A stretch of DNA of 64,000 bases, from positions 1 through 64,000 of IMG/VR virus record IMGVR_UViG_3300023181_000026, one strand, 5' to 3'. A program made the position numbers and the translations under genes. Positions 34,201-42,700 of this stretch are shown piece after piece. Within the stretch, counting starts at the first letter, position 1, and every line of letters starts with the position of its first letter. The notes beneath the pieces are model-generated. The model worked only from the letters and a program-made list of their open reading frames with translations, made no database searches and was not told the origin of the DNA. The stretch is from a virus.

Positions 34201-37014
34201 TCCACTGGCTTGTTCTATAGCTTGTAAAGTCTGAGTAAACTCCTCTCTCAGCTTAAATATCTTATCTTTATTTCTTTCTGCAAAGTTAGCATCTGCCTGA
34301 ATTAAATCCTGAGCAATCTGCCATGCTATAGTACCGTCTTCTTTTGGATTACCATTCTCATCAGTTAAAGCTTTTGCAAATTTTCTTTCTCTTGCTAGAG
34401 CTTCCAGTTCTATACGATCCGCATCTGACATTATGTCTTGCGGGCTGTATTTCTTAGTTATTCTATATCTTTGAGAAGATAGATTTCTTAGAAAGTTTTT
34501 TGTTTCTGTATTCATCCAAGCAGTATCACTTTCTCTCTGTTCATAGTAAGCTTCTGTAAAAGGTCTTTCTATATTTTCATTTTTCCATGCATTTACTTCT
34601 TGCTCATACTGTTGCCTTTGAGCTTCTGTTAATGTTGGAATTCTTTTTAATAATTCTTTTCCGCCCTCTACATTTAGGATAGATTTTAAAATATTTATCT
34701 GAGTATTTTGCAAATCTTGGAGAAATTGCCCCATATTGATTCCAGAAATAAGGCTACCTGTATGATTTCCATCACTATCAGTTTCTACTATATTTCTAAA
34801 CTTTCCTATATTATATCCATTATCTTCTATAAAATTTAATAAGCCTGTTACATCTGTTTGAGTTTCAATATTGGCTTTCGTTCTATTATCGGAGAATATC
34901 TTACCTAAAAGGTTTAAAAATATATTATTTGAAAGTCTTAATTGACCAAAAGTTCTTCCAAACCACGTTATATCTTTTGTTTCCTGAGTAATTTTTGTTC
35001 TTACTATGTCAGCATCGGCTTGGGACAATCCAGTTTTTGCAATTACAGCTTCTACTACACTATTAGCCCCTTCAGAATTAAGAAGTCTTTCATTTCCTTC
35101 TAATCTGTTTATATCTTCTATCTTCTGCCTTAAATCGGAAAGTATATCTTGTCTGTTAATCCCTTCAGAGTCTTTAATTACATTATTTTCTATAATAGAA
35201 ATCATATCCTGAATTGACGATTTCACGTCTGAAAAACTTGCTATAGCCGTAATAGTCTCTGCATTCAAGTATAATTTATTCTGATTAGGGTCTCCCTCCT
35301 GAAATCTTTTTAGAGCAGCTTCTACCTTTCTTACAGTTGTGTTTAAAGGCTCTCTTAATCCTGCGTTTAATTGCTGAATAGCTATCCAAGCTTCTGCATT
35401 ATTAAGCTGCTGAGTATTTTCTAGAAGTCCTTTAACACTTGATAAAGGTGCATCAATATTTGTACTTCTTTGCTTTTTTAAATTCGTATTAATCTTCTGT
35501 AAACTATTATAATAAGATTGGAGACGACTTGAAACTTTTTTATCAGCTAAAGAGTAAAATAAAAACTCACTTTTATCTAAAGTGCTTTCACTAAATACAT
35601 CATCAAAATTATTATTTAATACATTATTTGCTACAGCATCTGTAAATGCATCAAGTTCTTGTCGAATAGAGGGTGTAATAAGGGCTCTGAAACGAGAAAT
35701 TAAGTTATTCCATAGTTCTTGTAATAGATTTGTAAATCCTGCTTCTACGGGCGTATTTTGAGTTTCTACAAAATTCTCCTGAAACTTACGACCCAATATC
35801 TTTCCTAATATCTCTTTTCTTACAATTTCATCTAATTGTGCCCCTGAATAATTTTTAGAATAGATTTCTGTGTATCTTTGAGCGTCTTGTCTCCATTCAT
35901 TAGTTAAATGGACATTTGTTAGCATTCTATTCAAAGTTTCTACATCCTGAAAAGCTTCAATAGCAAAATGCGCCACCTCTTCTGATAGATTTTCTACTGT
36001 ATATTGACCATCTGCAAAAGCTACTACTCTATTTGATATGTCGGCTAAAGCTTCTGCTGTTGGCTCTACTCCGTTCTTTTCTGAATATCTTAGAATATAG
36101 TCATCTATAGAAGTTACATTTACTCCTATTTTACTTAGAAAAGATTTTAAACTATTCTTAAGTTGTTCTTCGGTTAAAGTCTGGATAGGTTCTGTAGTTA
36201 CTTTACCATCTCTAAATAAGCTGTTCTTCTCTCTGTAAATATTATAAGCTGATTCCACTACAGCGACTTTACCCATTCGAGATTCAAGGGTTGGCTGTTT
36301 GCCTGATTTTAAATCTTTTATGAATTGTTCCTTGTTTATAGTTCCGCCATCAAACTCTATAGTATTCAGATTGTTAGGATTTATTTTGATTGCACTATTC
36401 GCATATCTCAAAACATTATCGTTTCCAAATTGCTTTATAGCATCCTGATAAACTGCTTCTGAATTAAGTCTCACCAAACCTTCGGAATGACCTGCTCCTT
36501 GTAGTTGATATTGCCCGTCTAATAAAACTTTGCTTTCGTTTAGATTTCCAAGTCTTATTTGTTTATTTATAAACCCTTCAACAGTATCTGGATTGCTATT
36601 TGAGTTTATAGAAAATAAAGTCTGAAAAGCTTCTTCATTATTAAGATTTATAGTATTCTCTACTATAACTAAATCTGATTTAGAGTCTGGATTATATGAT
36701 ACTTCATTTGAAGTAAATACACCTGCTTGTATATCTCCTGTTTGTGTTGCATCTAGTGCTTCTTTATAGGATTGAAATAAATTCGCTGCGGGTGTTTTAT
36801 AGTATAGTGTGGGCTCTGCATTTTCATCTAATAAAGCAGGATGATTACTAAAAGTAAAATTAGGAGTAAAAATATTTTTATAAGAATCTAACGCTTGCTC
36901 TGTATTGATTAAAGCATTAGAAGCAATTGAATTAAATAATATAGAAGGTTGCCCATTTTCTGCCAGAACAGTTTCTATTTGATTTTGTGAATTTCTTACT
37001 ATTGAACAAGCCAT
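31231..37014 (-). CDS. giant virion cargo/ejection protein (1927 aa) with MAC N-terminal domain, degenerate zincin-like motif and C-terminal TM helix
   Basis: size and position after tail genes as in crAss-like phages; LSEEVAHF...VRKEILGK; FGLFLALLAVTTLTLAG. Confidence 0.75.
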   Translation of the reverse strand: MACSIVRNSQNQIETVLAENGQPSILFNSIASNALINTEQALDSYKNIFTPNFTFSNHPALLDENAEPTLYYKTPAANLFQSYKEALDATQTGDIQAGVFTSNEVSYNPDSKSDLVIVENTINLNNEEAFQTLFSINSNSNPDTVEGFINKQIRLGNLNESKVLLDGQYQLQGAGHSEGLVRLNSEAVYQDAIKQFGNDNVLRYANSAIKINPNNLNTIEFDGGTINKEQFIKDLKSGKQPTLESRMGKVAVVESAYNIYREKNSLFRDGKVTTEPIQTLTEEQLKNSLKSFLSKIGVNVTSIDDYILRYSEKNGVEPTAEALADISNRVVAFADGQYTVENLSEEVAHFAIEAFQDVETLNRMLTNVHLTNEWRQDAQRYTEIYSKNYSGAQLDEIVRKEILGKILGRKFQENFVETQNTPVEAGFTNLLQELWNNLISRFRALITPSIRQELDAFTDAVANNVLNNNFDDVFSESTLDKSEFLFYSLADKKVSSRLQSYYNSLQKINTNLKKQRSTNIDAPLSSVKGLLENTQQLNNAEAWIAIQQLNAGLREPLNTTVRKVEAALKRFQEGDPNQNKLYLNAETITAIASFSDVKSSIQDMISIIENNVIKDSEGINRQDILSDLRQKIEDINRLEGNERLLNSEGANSVVEAVIAKTGLSQADADIVRTKITQETKDITWFGRTFGQLRLSNNIFLNLLGKIFSDNRTKANIETQTDVTGLLNFIEDNGYNIGKFRNIVETDSDGNHTGSLISGINMGQFLQDLQNTQINILKSILNVEGGKELLKRIPTLTEAQRQQYEQEVNAWKNENIERPFTEAYYEQRESDTAWMNTETKNFLRNLSSQRYRITKKYSPQDIMSDADRIELEALARERKFAKALTDENGNPKEDGTIAWQIAQDLIQADANFAERNKDKIFKLREEFTQTLQAIEQASGNKEALKWVQTNGGIRFSKEFYDALGNKSEDTDAKKEPKIIRRLRDAEVSEEDSYVVDEIAFQLENALNERSDILRKYQKLGNPAETDVPVMSLAAKQRVQELDTEIQKGFQQANQILRRNGVEEVQEAQVETENTVNQSYFDDLLDSGIKQSEIGTIKEADFLYKNISSDDQVNVTKFIRKIEDLQSGTTDNIEPKYARFFQSYFGLSEELSEDEFYDEVVDRLNSPEFKNTAKLEIAYGRTKLYSYYKRFAPKGYSEFVKALNNGDINPSRLVNDRQALQEEYPVTQYVEITPNYTWNENTTENERNENFDANWEGGQYQPKQSKYRNENYYNRFNFDGQGNPTQNLEDFQLLTLMHEANRKVSANYGIITDINKLPQLSKSKVEKLSDAYRVGIGETIKRSYKDTFLNRVDDLDYGVRDENDSQNIIPMKYIYDLEERGDVSLSLGMTFAELLYESNLYREKKNSLASVMALRQQVEEQKFTNGKTGDASNALQMADSFIDFNIYGKTQSKKLEINLLNRYKVDVSRLALVIHRFVQYSSLAFSVPVTLTNFLTGSVNRNFIEARLGQFIQADSNLYAEKEFDLKEAPNLLKETGKINRSSKIYKVLEAGGVIDFRNRLQNSGLGRVAVAFNNLGYEGFLITDQIIKSKVFIATFDDIRAVEGVGFMTYNQYKLRPENSGLTKTEIKNKWNEFRDNSLWNILENEGTEPIKFRRSIVDQYGQEELDRIYQNTLQKAAQTSAIIDGQTTTEEKSLASRDYLLRFVTGMRSFLFLAVNSRLQGKKNLLQSNENVEGSYITGFRYLNNIIKKMIDDRGVTNLISAVKTEWGSLDDVGKTNMKRVMAEFGLFLALLAVTTLTLAGDDEDDAYLYTLASYILLRTTSETKASTATGVVGQVMDVIDKPVIAIGMLKELYKGGFFEEVQSGKYEGTNKLTSLVMKNTVLKQIYNMQDIRGTRDTYRGFNAESLYYLSSEKNTNEFLEYFEPEN

Positions 37015-37015
37015 A

Positions 37016-37306
37016 TTACTTTGTATATCCTACATCTTGTATACCTGTAGGTCGGGTTAGTATTTTTATTTTGGTTTTCTCTTTTAAAATCTCTTTGTCT
37101 ATTTCTGACAAATCTAGATCGCATCTTTTGATTTTTATTTCATAGGTGGCGTATCCTGTAGTTTTTATTTGTTGCACTACCTTATAAGCAGATCCTGTTT
37201 TTGAAGTGTAGAATATCGTCCCCTCAGAAAAGGCATTACTTATGGTTAAATATCCATACATTGCCTTTATTTCTAAGCCCTTAATAATCTTAGCTTGTAC
37301 TAACAT
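37016..37306 (-). CDS. small hypothetical protein (96 aa) at cargo-gene junction
   Basis: ORF track; overlaps end of 747-aa gene, ends 1 nt before next ATG. Confidence 0.6.
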   Translation of the reverse strand: MLVQAKIIKGLEIKAMYGYLTISNAFSEGTIFYTSKTGSAYKVVQQIKTTGYATYEIKIKRCDLDLSEIDKEILKEKTKIKILTRPTGIQDVGYTK

Positions 37307-39543
37307 TCTTTCTCCGAATTTATTTGTTCCAATTGTTTTTGAGTGTAAAGTCTTTCTATAGAAGATATATTTTCTAAAGTTTGAACTAATCCTTCAAATT
37401 GTTGAGGATTTACTGAAGTATTTATATTAACTTCTATATTATATTGACTAAACAAAGGATTATATATTTGAGGTAGCTTTTGATATATCGTTAAATTTTT
37501 ATAATTTCTTGCCTTTTCCCATACTTCTCCGTTTACATTAATATAATTATCTTCAAGATTCTGGGTTGCTAGATATTCTCCATCTTCTGAAAGTTCTATT
37601 TGTACAGTTTTTTGTGAGAGCTGTTCTGGGTTATTTAAATAGAATTCTCTAACTAATTTTTCTTCTATAGGTTGTTCTTGGGTTTCTGCCGTAGTAAATA
37701 AAGTGTTTAGTTCAAAATCTTTGCTTATAATTGCATAATCTCTCAACGGGTGACTTTCAGGTGTAAAAAGATTAATTTCCTGTTTCGAATAAGGGTCAGA
37801 GTCTTTTAAAACTATACCTCTCTCATTAAACTTAAAATGATTATAAACCTTACTGAAAAGTTCACTATCTTCTATTTTCTGTTGTAAATATTCTCTGGAA
37901 AAGTCTGAAATAAAATCCCCTGTTAAATACTCATAACTTCTATTTACAGAATTGATTTTATTAAGCTCAACTTGTAAATCCTTTTGAACTGTGGAGAAAT
38001 TTATAGCATGTCCAAAAGCTATTTTATATAAGGTTAAGTCTTCACTATATCCTTGTTGTTGGACATATCTTACAATATCTTCTCTTATAGATTCTCTATT
38101 ATTTATATCTACTGCCTTTCTAAATAAAAATTTATTATTAGAATAAGCTGAAGGAAAAAGAGCTTGTTTATCTATTATATTAGGATTAAACTGTACCAAA
38201 TCTGTTACATAATCATATAGCCCTTCCAAATCTTCTTGCCTATTCACTCTCTGATAGACTCCTTCATTATTTACTTTAACTAAAGAATTTTCATCGAATA
38301 ATTGCTGCTCTGATTTTATAGAATCAACTAAAACTAGACTTTTACCTCTATTCGAAGGATTCATTTTTATAGCAGTGTATTCGGGCTGTAAGTTTTGGTT
38401 GAATATAAGATTGTAATTATTAGAAAAATCTTCTATCATAGCTTGTTCTACAGTGCCGTATTGAGCATTATAAGCTAAATTAGCAACTGAGTTAAGATAA
38501 TTTTGAATATCTTCAAAAGAATAGCTTTGATTTGTTATTCCTACAGTATCTATGCCTAATTCAGATGATAAATCCTCTATTCTAAGTAATAAGTCTTCTA
38601 TCTCCACTCCATTATCTTCCCAGACTGTTCTTGGAGTACTTTGTAATAAGTCTATGGCGTTAAGTAAGTCTGTTGCACTTTCTCCTATTATTAAAGACTG
38701 TTCTGTAAATTTTCTTATATTATTTGGGTAACTATACTCAAGACCTCCAAATCCACTGTCTTCTAGAATTTGCATTCTTTCCATAGAAGAGTAAGTTTCA
38801 AATATTTTATTTGCAAACTCATCATTAGTGAAGTACTGATCTACTATAGCTTCATTGGCTCCATCTAATAGGTTTTCAAATTGTTCTCTATTTTTAATAC
38901 CACCAACTCTTTGCCTTAAATCTTTATCTATTAAAAAAGGATTAATTTGAGTAAATTTTCCTAGTCCTATGATGTTAGTAGTATCTTGTACGGAGAGTAA
39001 ATCAGGAGTCTCATATGTTGCCATATTTTGATTAATCTGTCTTAAATCGATTTCATTTAAAGATACTTCGGCAATTATTTTATCTGCTGTTTCTTTTATA
39101 TTTCTATGTAGTGAGCTATCTGCTAATAAAGCTTCTATTTCTGTTTCTGTGTATAATTCACTTTTTGTCAGTGTTGCCCTATTCACAGTAAATATACCTT
39201 GTGGGTATAAAGATGTGACTTTAGTGTACATCTCTTCTATTGAATTAAAAGGTATAGATAAAGTGTTATTTCTTAAATTATCAATGTCCTGTTTAGTTAA
39301 AGATTTATTCTGATTATTATTTCTTGATATAAAAGTCATCACTTCACTAAGAGTAGGATCTGTTGCTGTCACCCCATTAATATCTTGATACTGTTGAGTG
39401 TAGGGTACATAAGCTATTTCTAAAGCTTGTTGTTCATTGCCCACTACTTGTAAAGCTTGACTGTACAACTGTGATATTTCTCCTTGTGGATTCTCAACTC
39501 TCTCAATATTACCTTCACTATCTCTAATTATTCTACAAGCCAT
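37300..39543 (-). CDS. virion cargo protein (747 aa) with MAC N-terminal domain and C-terminal Cys
   Basis: N-terminus paralogous to 1927-aa protein; ends KEC. Confidence 0.75.
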   Translation of the reverse strand: MACRIIRDSEGNIERVENPQGEISQLYSQALQVVGNEQQALEIAYVPYTQQYQDINGVTATDPTLSEVMTFISRNNNQNKSLTKQDIDNLRNNTLSIPFNSIEEMYTKVTSLYPQGIFTVNRATLTKSELYTETEIEALLADSSLHRNIKETADKIIAEVSLNEIDLRQINQNMATYETPDLLSVQDTTNIIGLGKFTQINPFLIDKDLRQRVGGIKNREQFENLLDGANEAIVDQYFTNDEFANKIFETYSSMERMQILEDSGFGGLEYSYPNNIRKFTEQSLIIGESATDLLNAIDLLQSTPRTVWEDNGVEIEDLLLRIEDLSSELGIDTVGITNQSYSFEDIQNYLNSVANLAYNAQYGTVEQAMIEDFSNNYNLIFNQNLQPEYTAIKMNPSNRGKSLVLVDSIKSEQQLFDENSLVKVNNEGVYQRVNRQEDLEGLYDYVTDLVQFNPNIIDKQALFPSAYSNNKFLFRKAVDINNRESIREDIVRYVQQQGYSEDLTLYKIAFGHAINFSTVQKDLQVELNKINSVNRSYEYLTGDFISDFSREYLQQKIEDSELFSKVYNHFKFNERGIVLKDSDPYSKQEINLFTPESHPLRDYAIISKDFELNTLFTTAETQEQPIEEKLVREFYLNNPEQLSQKTVQIELSEDGEYLATQNLEDNYINVNGEVWEKARNYKNLTIYQKLPQIYNPLFSQYNIEVNINTSVNPQQFEGLVQTLENISSIERLYTQKQLEQINSEKEC

Positions 39544-39761
39544 TAATTGGGATTTTTTACTATATTATATAAAGTCTCTCTAAAGAAATCTTTCTCTCTT
39601 CTGAATTTTTCTTGTAATAATTCTTGATGCCTGTCCATTAGTTCACGAACCAGCAAAGTATAAGGTTTAGAAATATCCAACCCCCACATATCCATTATAG
39701 CCATTTGTCGATTTATTTCTTCCATACTCTGCAAAGTTAATAAAATTATTTTTATGCGCAA
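39543..39761 (-). CDS. small hypothetical protein (up to 72 aa) at cargo-gene junction
   Basis: ORF track (TTG start; MEEINRQ alternative); TAATG coupling to 747-aa gene. Confidence 0.55.
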   Translation of the reverse strand: MRIKIILLTLQSMEEINRQMAIMDMWGLDISKPYTLLVRELMDRHQELLQEKFRREKDFFRETLYNIVKNPN

Positions 39762-42700
39762 GTATTATCTTGAATTTCTTTTTGAGCCATGTTTGTAGTC
39801 TCTTCCACTATCGTATTAGTTGGATTAGCTGTCTGTCCTATTATAACTCTCTCTTTTAATTTTAAAGCAAGTTTTGGACTATGAAAAGGCTTATCAGTGA
39901 TGTCAATATTTATTGATGCTTGCTGTTGTAATAATTGTTTTGCGGTTTCTATTGTGGACTCATTCACCCAATCTTCAAAATTATTATAAGAGCTTTGGGA
40001 TGATAGTTGATCTCTTATAGAGTCTAAATGGTCAGGGTCATTAAGATTAGTCTGCCCTGAAATATAATAAAATCCATTTTCCAGATTATTACTGTCTATA
40101 TTATTTTCAGAAAGGTATTGATTAAGTCCTTTTACTTTTTCATTTATAGGCAGGTCAGCATTTAATAAATTATCAAATTCTCCAACTTTATCTATTTCAA
40201 TCTCATTCATTGAAACTGGATAGGCTACTTTACTTCCATTATAATTAAAGACTACTATAGGAAATTTTCTACCTCTTGACATTCTCTTGACAAATGTAGT
40301 GTTTACCCCTTTTTCATTGACTTTTAGAGTTAACTTTTCATTTGATATATAACCTACATCAACTATCTTTTCTAAAGCTTTATTCGATATTGGTAGTAAT
40401 TCAGTTGCTAATATCCCTGTTGATTTATCTAAGATAAGATTGAAATTAGGTTTTCCAAAATAAGAACTATTCCTGTCTATTGGGACAGATATTTGAACAT
40501 CTATTAAATCATTCTCTAAATTTGATTCCAAAGCTCTTTGGGTAGCAATCTTTCTTATTTGTGACAACTCTAAATAATTCCCATCTTCAAATATTTCTCT
40601 AGGTACAGATTTTAAAACTCCTCCTACTTCTCCTTCCTCAGACATTACATAAATGGAAATATTATTTTGCAGCTCTTGCATTGAAATAGCTCCTGCTCGG
40701 AACTTCTGAATTAAATCTTTATTAAATTCATTTCTGTTAGAAACAAACAGAGAAGTTTCTGTGTCATCAGGTTTATTGGTAAAATCAGTGAATGTGAGTC
40801 CTGGCTCTAGTTCAAAATTAGAATTATTAATTTCCAAAGGAGTTACAGTAGCATTTCTGTTAAGCTCTATTAAAAGTGGTTGATAGTTAGTGCCTAAGTT
40901 TGTCGAAGGAATAGCTTTAAACCTTGTACTTTCATTTAGTATACTTATTCCCGCCGCATTTATTTCTAAACCTTTTGTTTGCCCAATTGTAACATTAATT
41001 TCTGTACCATCTTCAAACTGAATTATAAATCTGTCTCCAACATTATAATTTTCTCCTGTTAGTAATCCTGAAACTTGTTTTCTATTATTCCTCTTATTAG
41101 GTTTGTTGTTTAAAATGCCTACTAAATTATCTTTAGCTACAATATCAACTAGTCCTTGAAGATTAATACCTGTTATACTGTAAGTACCGTTCTCCAATAC
41201 TCTAAATTCGGATTTTTCCCAATATTGCGTTTTATTGGCAGTATCTCTTCTGCCGCCTGCCAGAGTAAGGGAAGCTTGTATTTCCTCAGTATTAGTGTTA
41301 TTTACAGGTAAAGACTCTGTTTGATTGTTGTTAACCTCGTCTAAGGTGGCAATTTGTTCTAAAATATCTGCCAAAACAACTCCGCCTTCAACTGTACCTA
41401 CCGCTCTGCCATAAGTATTAAGTCTATCTTTTAACTGGTTAAATCTTTGACTATCTTTTTCTCTCAGTCCATTAACACTTCTACGGTTTCTGTCATAAAG
41501 CTTTTTATACTCATCCATCTCCTGCTGAGACGGTCTTTTAAGTGGAGTTGATAGTTCCTCTACGTCCCTTCTGTTTTGTAATATATCATCTACTATAGAC
41601 TGAAGTCTTTCTCTTAAAGTTTGAGGAGTGTTTAAAGTTATGCCGCTATTTTGAAACAATTCTTCATCTCTTTGTTGTTCTAAAGCATTTAATTGCTGTA
41701 TATGCCTTTCTTGAATTTGTGCATATTCTTCAGAATTTTCTAAAAGTCCTTCTGTCTGAGTTAGTTCTATTTGTTGCTGAGATAGTAATTCTTCTCTTCT
41801 TGTGTTATAAGTTTCTTCTATTTCCGCTGTTAATTCTGTAGGAACTTGTTGTTCTATAGGTGGTAAACTGTCCCCCTCTTCAGCTAAGTTTATTTTGGCT
41901 TGTGGAGACTGAATCTCAGTGTTTGCATTATCAACGATAACTTTGAATTCATTATATTGATTTCTTAATTGTTGATAAATTTCTTGTTCCGCTTTTTGAT
42001 AGTCCGAAATATCCGCGCCTTTCTTTTTAAATTTATTAAGAATAGGTGAAAATATAGTTTTTATCTCGGCTTTTCTTAAAGCTGGATTTGATAATTTATT
42101 AAATGTTTCATTAGCGTTGACAAAAGCTTTTTGAGCTTTATCATATTGATCTATCATATAACCAACACCCTCGGCAGACGACTCTTGTCCATTTCTGCGC
42201 CACGCATCTAAAGTCTCAGACAAACTTCTAAGATTATTTGTAGCCTCTACTAATTTTTCAGCATTTACAGATTCGTCATCAAATATATTGGCAAACTCTT
42301 GATTTGCTATCCTTTTTGCCTTCCTTACTTGATTTATATCTTGAGCTATAGCCTCTAGCTCTGAGTTTATTTCATTTCTTCTTTTACTGTCTCTTTCTTC
42401 TGCTAAAAGTAATTCCTGCCTTCTATTTTCAAACGCTTGTAGTCTTGCATCACCTTGTTCTGTTCTCGGTCTGGAAGCTATTCTTATTAGTTCTTCATTT
42501 CGGCTATTTAAATCTCTATCAAGTATTTCTAATTGCCTAGTTAAGCTCTTAACTTCTTTGCTTTTATTAACTTCTTTTGCTTGTAAACTGTTTTCTAAAG
42601 AAAGTGCTGAGGCTGCTCCTTCATTACCTATTATGTCTGAAATACCTTTAGCGTAAGATCTTGCAAGTCTATCTGAATTTCTACCCATGTAAATATTTAA

